DNA from: Erysipelotrichaceae bacterium
GTDB taxonomy: Bacteria > Bacillota_I > Bacilli_A > Erysipelotrichales > Erysipelotrichaceae
Length of the DNA stretch: 32,000 nucleotides
Direction of reading: 5' to 3'
Assembly (NCBI GenBank): GCA_030604855.1
Contig: JAUVVC010000009.1
Location: forward strand, 30,001-62,000
Shown: positions 8,887-16,620 of the stretch, in pieces
How positions within the stretch are numbered: the stretch's first letter is position 1
How the letters are laid out: each line of letters opens with the position of its first letter
Notes under the pieces: model-generated
The model's input: the letters and a program-made list of their open reading frames with translations, nothing else
The model's database searches: none
Told to the model about the DNA's origin: nothing
Program-made: the position numbers and the translations under genes

Positions 8887-9573
8887 ATGAATGGAACATT
8901 GGTAAATGGACTTGCGATTACGATTGGATCGATCATCGGAATCGTTTTAAAGAGTGGCTTCATCAAATCTAAAAGTAAGGCGATCATGTCCGCTTTGGGT
9001 TTAAGCACGCTCATTATTGGGTTTCAAGGGGTCATCAACTATGCAAATGTCTTGTTGCTCATCGTAGCGCTCGCATTAGGTGTCTTAATCGGTGAATTGA
9101 TGAAACTTGAGGATCATTTGAATCATTTCGCTTATGCTCTGGAGAGACGCTTTGCGAAGGGGAGTGACAGCAGCTTCGCCCAAGGTTTCATCAGTGCGAG
9201 CATCTTGTTTGGTGTCGGTGCGATGGCGATTGTGGGATCCTTGGAAAGCGGTTTGCGACAAAATGAGACCATCTTATACACCAAGTCTTTGTTGGATTTC
9301 ATTTCATCGATTGTTTTTGCTTCAACCTATGGTTGGGGTGTGTTGTTTTCAGCTTTTGTGATCATGATCTATCAGGGGGCGATTACGATTCTAAGCACCT
9401 TTGTCGCACCGGTGATGACGGAGATCATGATCACAGATATCAGTGCCGTGGGATCGGCCTTGATCATCGGAATTGGGTTGAATATGCTCGAGATGACAAA
9501 ATTGAAGTTGGCGAATTTCCTCCCGGCGATTCTTGTGATGATCGCGCTCTCTTATGCTTTGTCTTTGATTTGA
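8887..9573 (+). CDS. DUF554-family integral membrane protein (YqgA/YdfK-like)
   Basis: 228 aa and polytopic. The N-terminus MNGTLVNGLAITIGSIIG and the internal LESGL...ILYTKSLLDF segment are typical of DUF554 proteins as I recall them. Only 1 nt separates it from the methyltransferase stop. Confidence 0.7.
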   Translation: MNGTLVNGLAITIGSIIGIVLKSGFIKSKSKAIMSALGLSTLIIGFQGVINYANVLLLIVALALGVLIGELMKLEDHLNHFAYALERRFAKGSDSSFAQGFISASILFGVGAMAIVGSLESGLRQNETILYTKSLLDFISSIVFASTYGWGVLFSAFVIMIYQGAITILSTFVAPVMTEIMITDISAVGSALIIGIGLNMLEMTKLKLANFLPAILVMIALSYALSLI

Positions 9574-9597
9574 CAAGCAATGGTTTTATGGTATACT
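9570..9597 (+). promoter_or_regulatory. sigma-A type promoter of the rplU-prp-rpmA operon
   Basis: -35 TTGACA (9570-9575, overlapping the upstream TGA stop), a 16-nt spacer, then an extended -10 TGgTATACT (9589-9597). Confidence 0.7.
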
Positions 9598-9707
9598 AAC
9601 TACGTTGTATTCTCTTTTATGGGATGCAACCGCACGTTAAGGTTTTTAAGCGCCAAAATTGGCCACCGTACACGGCGAGTCTCAAACACAGAAGGAGGTG
9701 CAAAAAC
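9598..9707 (+). promoter_or_regulatory. 5' UTR of rplU, possible L21-leader-type ribosomal protein autoregulatory RNA
   Basis: A ~105-nt untranslated leader lies between the promoter and the AGGAGG SD (9693-9698). It is in the position where Bacilli carry the L21 leader. I could find only short local pairings (e.g. CGCC 9651-9654 / GGCG 9674-9677) and cannot verify the consensus fold by eye. Confidence 0.4.
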
Positions 9708-10019
9708 ATGTACGCAATTATTGAAACAGGTGGCAAACAACTCAAAGTCGAAGTAGGACAAAGTATCTACGTTGAAAAGTTGGAAGTTGAAGCTGGTGAA
9801 GTGGTTGTATTTGACAAAGTATTGGTTGTCAATGCAAAGTCCACTAAAATCGGAACACCGTATGTTAAGGGTGCGACCGTTAGCGCAAAAGTAGAAAAAC
9901 AAGGTAAGGAAAAAAAGATCATTATCTATAAGTACAAACCTAAGAAGGGTTCTACTCACCGCAAGCAAGGTCATCGTCAACCTTATACCAAACTTGTCAT
10001 CGAAGCCATCGAAGCTTAA
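9708..10019 (+). CDS. rplU: 50S ribosomal protein L21
   Basis: Start moved to ATG 9708 ([14 protein letters not shown], the canonical L21 N-terminus), with AGGAGG ending 9 nt upstream. 103 aa. Confidence 0.95.
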   Translation: MYAIIETGGKQLKVEVGQSIYVEKLEVEAGEVVVFDKVLVVNAKSTKIGTPYVKGATVSAKVEKQGKEKKIIIYKYKPKKGSTHRKQGHRQPYTKLVIEAIEA

Positions 10020-10020
10020 T

Positions 10021-10338
10021 ATGATCCAAGTCCTGGTTGTAAGGAATGCGGATTCGATCATGGGCATTCAGATCAGTGGCCATGCGAATGCAGGTCCGAG
10101 AGGTTCAGATTTGGTTTGTGCATCCGTTAGTAGTATCGCAACCGGTGCATTGAATGCTTTGGATGCGGAATACCCGGATGATGTCGAACTGACTCTAACG
10201 GAAGTTCCAGATGCGATGATTGAAATCAAAGTCTTACGAAATCATCAAAACCTACAAGCTTTGCTTAGAATGCTCTACATTCAGATTCAAACGCTTGCAG
10301 AAAATCAATCAAAATATATAACAATTAAGGAGGTGTAG
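10021..10338 (+). CDS. prp: ribosomal-processing cysteine protease Prp (YsxB family)
   Basis: Start moved to ATG 10021 (MIQVLVV...). The catalytic His (SGHANAG) and Cys (DLVCASVS) motifs are present. It sits between rplU and rpmA as in Firmicutes. Confidence 0.9.
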   Translation: MIQVLVVRNADSIMGIQISGHANAGPRGSDLVCASVSSIATGALNALDAEYPDDVELTLTEVPDAMIEIKVLRNHQNLQALLRMLYIQIQTLAENQSKYITIKEV

Positions 10339-10340
10339 CT

Positions 10341-10625
10341 ATGAAGTTTACCTTGAATATCCAATTATTCGCTTCTAAAAAGGGTGTTGGTTCATCACGC
10401 AATGGTCGTGACAGTCACTCGAAGCGTTTAGGTGCAAAGAAATCAGATGGTCAATTTGCTACAGCGGGCTCAATTTTGTATCGTCAACGTGGAACAAAAA
10501 TCCACCCAGGTACAAACGTTGGACGTGGCAGTGATGATACCTTGTTCACAAAAGTCGACGGTATCGTTAAGTTTGAACGTTTAGGCAAAGACAAGAAAAA
10601 AGTTTCTGTTTATCCACAAGCATAA
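10341..10625 (+). CDS. rpmA: 50S ribosomal protein L27 with N-terminal pro-peptide
   Basis: [25 protein letters not shown]...[14 protein letters not shown] 10-aa extension precedes the conserved ASKKG. SD AAGGAGG is upstream. Confidence 0.97.
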   Translation: MKFTLNIQLFASKKGVGSSRNGRDSHSKRLGAKKSDGQFATAGSILYRQRGTKIHPGTNVGRGSDDTLFTKVDGIVKFERLGKDKKKVSVYPQA

Positions 10626-10646
10626 AATCCCGTTAGGGATTTTTTT
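10625..10646 (+). terminator. weak intrinsic terminator / attenuator after rpmA
   Basis: Stem AAATCCC (10625-10631)/GGGATTT (10636-10642), GTTA loop, then a T-run to 10646. There are only 3 GC pairs, so read-through into obg is likely. Confidence 0.5.
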
Positions 10647-10660
10647 ATCGGAGGGTTAAA

Positions 10661-11932
10661 ATGTTTATCGATCGCGTAAAAATTAAAGTTAAAGCTGGTA
10701 AGGGTGGCGATGGTATGGCCTCTTTTCGGCGTGAGAAGTATGTACCTTTAGGTGGCCCTTTCGGCGGGGATGGTGGTAATGGCGGAAGCGTTATCTTTGA
10801 AGCGGATTCCAACAAGTCCACTTTACTGGATCTACGTTTTAATCGTCTCATCATTGCCCAAGACGGAGGTCGTGGTTTAAATAAGAAGATGCATGGTCCC
10901 GCAGGCAATGACATCATCATCAAAGTTCCGATTGGAACCATCATCAAAGACATCAAGCATGACATCATCTTAGCGGATCTGATTGAAGTCGGCCAACAAG
11001 CCATCATCGCTCAAGGCGGTCGTGGTGGACGTGGAAACTGGCATTTTGCGACACCACGCAATCCAGCACCCGATTTTGCGGAAAAAGGTGAGCTTGGCGA
11101 AGAAAAGGATGTCGAAATTGAGTTGAAACTCTTGGCTGATGTCGGTTTGGTCGGCTATCCATCCGTTGGTAAATCAACCTTCTTATCCGTGGTGTCCAAG
11201 GCGAAACCTGAGATCGCAGCCTATCCATTTACAACCTTGATTCCTCAGTTGGGGGTTGTTCAAGCACCCGATGGACGCTCATTTGTATTGGCGGATCTAC
11301 CCGGTCTTATCGAAGGTGCACACCAAGGCAAAGGCTTAGGGCATCAGTTCTTGCAGCATATTGAACGTTGCCGTGTCTTGATCCACATCATCGACATGGG
11401 TGCAGAGGATCATCGTGATCCCGTCAATGATTATCGCATCATCAATGATGAGTTGGGTCAATATGAGTATCGTTTGTTGGAAAGACCTCAAGTCGTCGTA
11501 GCGAACAAAATGGATCTACCGGGTGCTGAAGAAAATCTGGAACGTTTTAAGAAAGCCTACCCTAAGCTTCAAGTATTTGAAACCATCACCCTGATTCAAG
11601 AAGGTTTGGATCCGATTCTATATGCCGTAGCGGATCTGCTGCAAACAACGCAGGCCTTTATCATGGAAGAAATTCAAAATGAAGCCGTCCATTACAAATT
11701 CATCGAAGAAGTCCCTTACGAAATCAAACAATTCAATGCGAACACCTTTGTCATCACAGGGGATCGCATCGAGCGTATCTTTCATAAAGCCGACATCACA
11801 ACCGAACAAGGCGCACAACGATTTGCACGTACCTTACGTCATTTGGGTGTGGATGATGCGTTGCGTGAAAAGGGTGCTAAGGATGGTGATGTCATCGTCA
11901 TCCATGATTATCAGTTCATCTTCATGGACTAG
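10661..11932 (+). CDS. obg: GTPase Obg/CgtA
   Basis: 423 aa. It has a Gly-rich Obg fold (KAGKGGDGMASFRREKYVPLGGPFGGDGGNGGSV), G motifs GYPSVGKST, DLPG and NKMD, and a C-terminal OCT/TGS-like domain. SD GGAGGG at 10651-10656. Confidence 0.97.
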   Translation: MFIDRVKIKVKAGKGGDGMASFRREKYVPLGGPFGGDGGNGGSVIFEADSNKSTLLDLRFNRLIIAQDGGRGLNKKMHGPAGNDIIIKVPIGTIIKDIKHDIILADLIEVGQQAIIAQGGRGGRGNWHFATPRNPAPDFAEKGELGEEKDVEIELKLLADVGLVGYPSVGKSTFLSVVSKAKPEIAAYPFTTLIPQLGVVQAPDGRSFVLADLPGLIEGAHQGKGLGHQFLQHIERCRVLIHIIDMGAEDHRDPVNDYRIINDELGQYEYRLLERPQVVVANKMDLPGAEENLERFKKAYPKLQVFETITLIQEGLDPILYAVADLLQTTQAFIMEEIQNEAVHYKFIEEVPYEIKQFNANTFVITGDRIERIFHKADITTEQGAQRFARTLRHLGVDDALREKGAKDGDVIVIHDYQFIFMD

Positions 11933-11937
11933 CTCTG

Positions 11938-11946
11938 TGCTATAAT
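11938..11946 (+). promoter_or_regulatory. extended -10 box TGcTATAAT immediately upstream of ruvA
   Basis: TGCTATAAT at 11938-11946. The ruvA ATG (11953) lies 6 nt after the hexamer. No usable SD is present: AAGG sits only 2 nt from the ATG. Confidence 0.5.
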
Positions 11947-11952
11947 AAGGCT

Positions 11953-12531
11953 ATGATTGCATACATTACTGGAAAAGTTCATAGTTACGGATCAGATTGG
12001 GTGATTCTAGATCATAGAGGTCTAGGTTATCGAATCTTTTTCGCATATCCGGAACGTTTGAAACTCAATGAAGAAGTCTGTTTATATACCTATCAATACA
12101 TTCGTGAGGATGAGCACAGTCTCTATGGATTCTTGAATATGCAAGAATACGAATTTTTTCTTAAGTTGATCAGTGTCAAAGGGGTTGGATGTAAGACGGC
12201 GAATGCGATTTTCGCTGCTTCGAATTTTGAACAGCTTGTAATGGCCATAGAGAATTCTGACCTGGATTATTTAAAGCGTCTACCCGGTATCGGTGCCAAG
12301 ACGGCTTCACAAATTATTTTGGATCTTAAGGGAAAGCTCATCTCCATGCGTAATGAAGAAGTGAAGGGTTCAAAATCTGTACAAGAAGCGCTTGAAGCAC
12401 TTAAGGCTTTGGGTTATAAACAAAGTGAATTGACACCCTTGCTCAAGGAGCTTGAGAAGTCGAGCAATGAAAGTGTCGATGTTTTATTGAAGCTTGCATT
12501 ACAGCTTTTGGCTCAAAGAAGGAGACAATAA
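11953..12531 (+). CDS. ruvA: Holliday junction branch-migration complex subunit RuvA
   Basis: 192 aa. MIAYITGKV...GLGYRIF...EDEHSLYGF...[12 protein letters not shown]...LPGIGAKTA (two HhH motifs) and a C-terminal domain III. Confidence 0.95.
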   Translation: MIAYITGKVHSYGSDWVILDHRGLGYRIFFAYPERLKLNEEVCLYTYQYIREDEHSLYGFLNMQEYEFFLKLISVKGVGCKTANAIFAASNFEQLVMAIENSDLDYLKRLPGIGAKTASQIILDLKGKLISMRNEEVKGSKSVQEALEALKALGYKQSELTPLLKELEKSSNESVDVLLKLALQLLAQRRRQ

Positions 12532-12532
12532 G

Positions 12533-13534
12533 ATGGAACGCTTATTATCATCAAATTTGATGCAGGAAGATGAAGATATTAATTTACGACCCCAGACCTT
12601 AAATGAATATGTGGGTCAGACTGGTTTGAAAGAGAATTTACGTATTTTCATACAAGCTGCGAAATCTCGTGAGGAGAGTTTGGATCATGTGTTGCTTTAT
12701 GGTCCTCCAGGTTTAGGCAAGACGACTTTGGCGTATATCTTGTCGCATGAAATGGAGAGCAACATTCGGATCACAAGTGGACCGAGTATTGAGCGTTCAG
12801 GTGATTTGGCGGCGATTTTGAGCACACTCCAGGCAGGGGATGTGCTGTTTATTGATGAGATTCATCGTTTACCGAAAGCAGTGGAAGAGGTTCTTTATCC
12901 AGCTATGGAAGATTATGCGATTGATGTGGTGGTTGGAAAAGAAGCGTCGGTTCGTTCAATTCGTTTAGAGCTACCACCGTTCACCCTTGTTGGAGCAACA
13001 ACGCGAGCGGGTGATCTAACGGCACCATTACGAGATCGTTTCGGTATCGTAAGCAAATTGGATTACTATACGCAGGAAGAGTTGAAGCAAATCATTGAGC
13101 GGACTTCACGCGTGATGGAGACCAGCATTGATAAAGCTGCAGTCCATGAAATCGCTAAGCGGAGTCGTGGGACACCGCGGATCGCAAATCGCTTGTTTCG
13201 TCGGGTTCGTGACTTTGCTCAAGTCTTGAATGATGGGCATATCGATCTTAAAGTCGCCGAGTTGGCATTGGATCGATTGAAGGTGGATCACTTAGGTTTG
13301 GACGATGTGGATATTCGATATCTAAAGGGCATCATTGAACGTTTCAAAGGAGGACCTGTTGGATTGGATGCGATCGCATCCAGCATTCAGGAAGAAGCCA
13401 TGACCTTGGAAGATGTTTATGAACCTTATTTGCTTCAAATCGGCTTCATCAATCGTACTGCACGCGGACGTGTCGTCACACAAAAAGCATATCAACATCT
13501 TGGAATTCTTATGCAAGAGGGACTCTTCGAGTAA
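12533..13534 (+). CDS. ruvB: Holliday junction ATP-dependent DNA helicase RuvB
   Basis: Start moved to ATG 12533 (MERLLS...), preceded by AAGGAG (12518-12523). Walker [10 protein letters not shown], Walker B LFIDEIH, sensor GATTR and [10 protein letters not shown] are present. 333 aa. Confidence 0.97.
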   Translation: MERLLSSNLMQEDEDINLRPQTLNEYVGQTGLKENLRIFIQAAKSREESLDHVLLYGPPGLGKTTLAYILSHEMESNIRITSGPSIERSGDLAAILSTLQAGDVLFIDEIHRLPKAVEEVLYPAMEDYAIDVVVGKEASVRSIRLELPPFTLVGATTRAGDLTAPLRDRFGIVSKLDYYTQEELKQIIERTSRVMETSIDKAAVHEIAKRSRGTPRIANRLFRRVRDFAQVLNDGHIDLKVAELALDRLKVDHLGLDDVDIRYLKGIIERFKGGPVGLDAIASSIQEEAMTLEDVYEPYLLQIGFINRTARGRVVTQKAYQHLGILMQEGLFE

Positions 13535-13550
13535 AACTCTTGTTTTTTTT
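13514..13550 (+). terminator. probable intrinsic terminator after ruvB
   Basis: Outer stem CAAGAG (13514-13519)/CTCTTG (13537-13542) and inner stem ACTC (13522-13525)/GAGT (13529-13532), followed by a T-run (13543-13551). The stop codon lies inside the structure. Confidence 0.5.
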
Positions 13551-13579
13551 TGACATTATGCTATTATTGTTTCGTTAAT
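13550..13579 (+). promoter_or_regulatory. promoter region for the rhodanese gene (two alternative readings)
   Basis: One reading is an extended -10 TGcTATTAT (13559-13567). The other is a perfect -35 TTGACA (13550-13555), an 18-nt spacer and a weak GTTAAT (13574-13579). The SD AAGGAG at 13581-13586 follows. Confidence 0.4.
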
Positions 13580-13594
13580 CAAGGAGAGGGACAC

Positions 13595-13915
13595 ATGTTT
13601 AATTTTGGTCGTAATCAATTAAGTCAGGAAGAAGCATACAATCAATTGAAAAACGATAAGAAGATTATTCTTATCGATGTTCGTACAGTAGAAGAATTTG
13701 AAGAGGATGGACATGTGGAAGGAAGCATCAATATACCGTTGCATACCGTTCCAAGTGAGTTTGCGAAAGTTGTGCCCGATAAGAATGCGAAGATTTTTAT
13801 CATCTGCTACAGCGGAGCCCGTGCATCGGACGCGACCGCATTTGTCAAACGTCTGGGGTACACGGATGTCCATAACATTGGTGGCGTTGGCACTTGGCGT
13901 TACGGTTTGATCTAG
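13595..13915 (+). CDS. single-domain rhodanese-like sulfurtransferase
   Basis: Start moved to ATG 13595 (MFNFGRNQ...) behind SD AAGGAGAGGG. It has LIDVRTVEEFEEDGHVEGSINIP and the active-site loop CYSGARA (Cys-X4-Arg). 106 aa. Confidence 0.85.
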   Translation: MFNFGRNQLSQEEAYNQLKNDKKIILIDVRTVEEFEEDGHVEGSINIPLHTVPSEFAKVVPDKNAKIFIICYSGARASDATAFVKRLGYTDVHNIGGVGTWRYGLI

Positions 13916-14568
13916 AGTCCAAAGAGTTCAATTAGTTGATGAACATCTGAACATGCGTGTTGAGATGTTTTTTTAATATGTTCAAGAAGTCTCTCATCTG
14001 TATGGGACCACTTTGCCCATATGAAATCTACATTGGCGTTTTCTGCCATGGTTTGACCAACCGGCATGTCATCGATCACACAGATGTCTTTATGATCAAG
14101 ATGAAAGTCATGAATGACATTCAGGATGGGTTTGATATGAGGTTTGATGTTTTCGGGACCAGCGTCATAGCCATAGATGCGATCGGGTTCAAAACCAAAG
14201 TGATCCAGATAATCTCGTCGGATCTCAGTGGATTCAGAATATGAGACAACGATGATGATCCCTTCCTGTGCTTTAAAGCGTTGGAGCAAGGTGTACCATC
14301 CATCAAAGGGAGGTGCCTGTTTGCATTTGGTATGCCGTTTCCATATTTCATACTCTATCATCATCTCAGCTTTATCAAAGCCATAGCGGACTTCACATAG
14401 ATGATGGAACCCATAGACAAAACAGTGATGATTGAATTCATCGAAACTTAATGGCTTTTGATCGGGTCGGAGCTGACGTAGTGTATCGAGAAAAGCTGGA
14501 TAGTGAATCGTTCTTGAGCTATCGACCACCGTATCATCGTGGTCAAGGACTAAACATTTATATTTCAT
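13912..14568 (-). CDS. HAD-superfamily hydrolase (phosphatase-like)
   Basis: 218 aa. HAD motif I is LVLDHDDTVVDS (DxDxT), there is a Ser in VVSYS, Lys residues in IKPHIKP, and motif IV is VIDDMPVG. It is the only minus-strand gene in the window. Confidence 0.8.
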   Translation of the reverse strand: MKYKCLVLDHDDTVVDSSRTIHYPAFLDTLRQLRPDQKPLSFDEFNHHCFVYGFHHLCEVRYGFDKAEMMIEYEIWKRHTKCKQAPPFDGWYTLLQRFKAQEGIIIVVSYSESTEIRRDYLDHFGFEPDRIYGYDAGPENIKPHIKPILNVIHDFHLDHKDICVIDDMPVGQTMAENANVDFIWAKWSHTDERLLEHIKKTSQHACSDVHQLIELFGL

Positions 14569-14574
14569 GCTTAC

Positions 14575-14583
14575 ATTTTAGCA
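14575..14583 (-). promoter_or_regulatory. extended -10 box TGcTAAAAT (minus strand) for the HAD gene
   Basis: The reverse complement of 14575-14583 reads TGCTAAAAT. Six nt (GTAAGC) separate it from the ATG at 14568-14566. There is no SD anywhere in the 67-bp divergent intergenic region on this strand. Confidence 0.5.
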
Positions 14584-14603
14584 TAAAGCACTTTTTTGGA
14601 TTA

Positions 14604-14612
14604 TGATATAAT
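14604..14612 (+). promoter_or_regulatory. extended -10 box TGaTATAAT for murG
   Basis: TGATATAAT at 14604-14612, followed by a ~17-nt leader with SD GGGAG (14624-14628) before ATG 14636. Confidence 0.55.
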
Positions 14613-14635
14613 GACTTAGCGAAGGGAGTCTTCAC

Positions 14636-15715
14636 ATGAAAATTTGTATTGTGACGGGTGGTACAGGCGGTCATATCTATCCTGCATTGGCGCTTGCCCA
14701 AGCTTTGAAAGAACAAGACATGAACCATGAACTCTTATTCATTGGTAATGAGGATCGAATGGAAGCTCGAATGATTCCACAAGCGGGGTATGCTTTTAAG
14801 GGAATCCAAACAAAAGGGATTCAAGGCAATATCCTTAATAAACTCTATGCGCTTTATACTTTGTTTTTTAATCGTAAAGCGGTAAAGATGATTCTAAATT
14901 CATTTAGTCCCGATCTTGTGATCGGGTTTGGTGGCTATGTCTGTGTTCCTGTCATTCTGGAAGCCAAGAAGATGGGAATCAAAACATTCTTGCATGAACA
15001 AAATGCGATTGCGGGTAAAGCCAATCTTTTCCTCGCAAAACACGTGGATGGAATTGCGGTAAGTTATGAAGCAAATCTACAGCAATTTCCGTTGCACAAG
15101 ACACGTTTGATTGGTAATCCAAGGACATACGTCTTTAAGCAAAAAGCGCATACTCAGTCGATTTTGACTGAAATCGGATTGGATCCAGCAAAACCCAGTG
15201 TTTTGTTTGTCATGGGTTCCTTAGGATCCAGTTCCATCAATGCGATGATGGGCAGTGTGTTAGCGTTATTAAATGAACATCATTTGCAGTGTATCTATGT
15301 AACAGGCAAACAACATTATGATGCGTTCATCGCTGAAAACGATGAGACTTCTTACGTAAAGATTTTGCCTTACATCGATCAGGTTCAAGCCATGCACGAG
15401 GTAAGTCTGATGGTCACACGGGGTGGTGCGACGACGGCAGCTGAAATCATGGTCAGTGGTTGTCCTTCCATCATCATTCCAAGTCCGTTCGTACCAAACA
15501 ATCATCAGTATCACAATGCGAAGGTGTTGTATGATGCAGAGGCCAGCGTATTGTTGGAAGAGAAAGATTGTGATGCGCAACAACTAAGCATGATGATTCT
15601 GGACTTGATTCATGACGAGAATCGATTGAAAATGATGCGCGAGAAGGCTAAGCCACTGGGTCGCCTAAATGCAGCAGAAGATTTCATACAATGGATCAAT
15701 GAGGTTATGAATTGA
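14636..15715 (+). CDS. murG: UDP-N-acetylglucosamine:lipid I GlcNAc transferase MurG
   Basis: 359 aa. MKICIVTGGTGGHIYPALALA, HEQNAIAGKAN, and GSLGS...VTRGGATTAAE are present. Confidence 0.95.
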   Translation: MKICIVTGGTGGHIYPALALAQALKEQDMNHELLFIGNEDRMEARMIPQAGYAFKGIQTKGIQGNILNKLYALYTLFFNRKAVKMILNSFSPDLVIGFGGYVCVPVILEAKKMGIKTFLHEQNAIAGKANLFLAKHVDGIAVSYEANLQQFPLHKTRLIGNPRTYVFKQKAHTQSILTEIGLDPAKPSVLFVMGSLGSSSINAMMGSVLALLNEHHLQCIYVTGKQHYDAFIAENDETSYVKILPYIDQVQAMHEVSLMVTRGGATTAAEIMVSGCPSIIIPSPFVPNNHQYHNAKVLYDAEASVLLEEKDCDAQQLSMMILDLIHDENRLKMMREKAKPLGRLNAAEDFIQWINEVMN

Positions 15716-16620
15716 TGGATCAATACGCAAAATATCAAACTTACGGTGAAATCAAATATCATGTATCCTTAAAGAAATACACAAGTATTAGAGTGGGTGG
15801 GACTGTGGATGCGATGATTTTTCCGCATGATTTGAATGCATTATTGGGTTTGTTAAAAGAACTACATGAAGATGTGCTTGAGTTTAAAGTATGGGGAATG
15901 GGGTCCAATATTCTAGCATCGGATGAACCTTATCATGGATTGATCGTCAAATTGGATCGATGTTTGAAGTCAGTCGTCTTTCAAGCCAACAAAGTCTATG
16001 TCCAAGCAGGGGTCAGTTTGATCGCTTTGGCTTATTTAGCTGCGGATCATGCGCTTAGCGGTTTTGAGTTCGCATCCGGAATACCAGGTTCTGTGGGTGG
16101 TGCCTTGTTTATGAATGCAGGTGCTTATAAACATGATATCTATGAGTGTTTGGAAAAAGTTCTGGTTTATCGGAATTCGCGTGCAGAATGGCTTGATAAG
16201 AGTGAAATCGAAGTGAAATATCGTCATACGAGCTTTATGAATCATCGCAATTGGATTATTCTTGAGGCTGTGTTCAATTGTAACGAAGCGGATAAACAAC
16301 GTATCATGAATACAATGGATGGACGAAGACAACGGCGTATCGAATCACAACCCTTGGATCTACCGAGTGCGGGCAGTGTCTTCAGAAATCCAGAAACAAT
16401 GAGTGCCTGGTCTTGCATCGATGCGGTTGGCTTGAGAGGGCATCGTATTGGAGGTGCAATGTTTTCAGAAAAGCACAGCAACTTCATTGTGAATGTTGAT
16501 GAGGCGAAGGCACAAGACATATTGAATCTGATTCAATTGGCACAAGCAAAAGTTGATGAAGAGTTTGGCATCAAGCTTAAACCAGAAATCGAGTTCTTCA
16601 ATTGGAGCAGCTATGACTGA
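15715..16620 (+). CDS. murB: UDP-N-acetylenolpyruvoylglucosamine reductase MurB
   Basis: ATG 15715 overlaps the murG stop by 1 nt (TGATG); the track start at 15712 is a TTG one codon earlier. It has an FAD-binding region (YTSIRVGGTVDAMIFP, GMGSNIL) and SAGSVFRNP. Confidence 0.95.
   Translation: MDQYAKYQTYGEIKYHVSLKKYTSIRVGGTVDAMIFPHDLNALLGLLKELHEDVLEFKVWGMGSNILASDEPYHGLIVKLDRCLKSVVFQANKVYVQAGVSLIALAYLAADHALSGFEFASGIPGSVGGALFMNAGAYKHDIYECLEKVLVYRNSRAEWLDKSEIEVKYRHTSFMNHRNWIILEAVFNCNEADKQRIMNTMDGRRQRRIESQPLDLPSAGSVFRNPETMSAWSCIDAVGLRGHRIGGAMFSEKHSNFIVNVDEAKAQDILNLIQLAQAKVDEEFGIKLKPEIEFFNWSSYD

Noticed and set aside
9134-9599. Alternative-frame + strand ORFs (75 aa and 88 aa) and a - strand ORF (61 aa) inside the DUF554 gene.
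   Set aside because: They overlap a coherent polytopic membrane-protein frame. Their products are Arg/Cys/Asp-rich nonsense with no SD.
9624-9707. N-terminal extensions implied by the ORF-track starts: rplU 9624, prp 9994, regulator 6129, ruvB 12494, rhodanese 13550, divIB 16553, fakA 17775, murB 15712 and ylxR 29943.
   Set aside because: In each case a downstream ATG reproduces the conserved family N-terminus. In most cases that ATG is also preceded by a good SD at proper spacing. Several track starts are TTG codons or lie inside the upstream gene. rimP 27777 is kept as an open alternative in the findings.
9600-10067. 155-aa minus-strand ORF covering the rplU leader and rplU.
   Set aside because: It is antisense to a ribosomal protein gene and its SD. 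It has no signals of its own, and rplU is unambiguous.
10645-11007. 120-aa minus-strand Pro/Ser-rich ORF opposite the 5' part of obg.
   Set aside because: It is the reverse complement of the Gly-rich Obg fold (GGN codons read as NCC Pro/Ser), a classic artefact.
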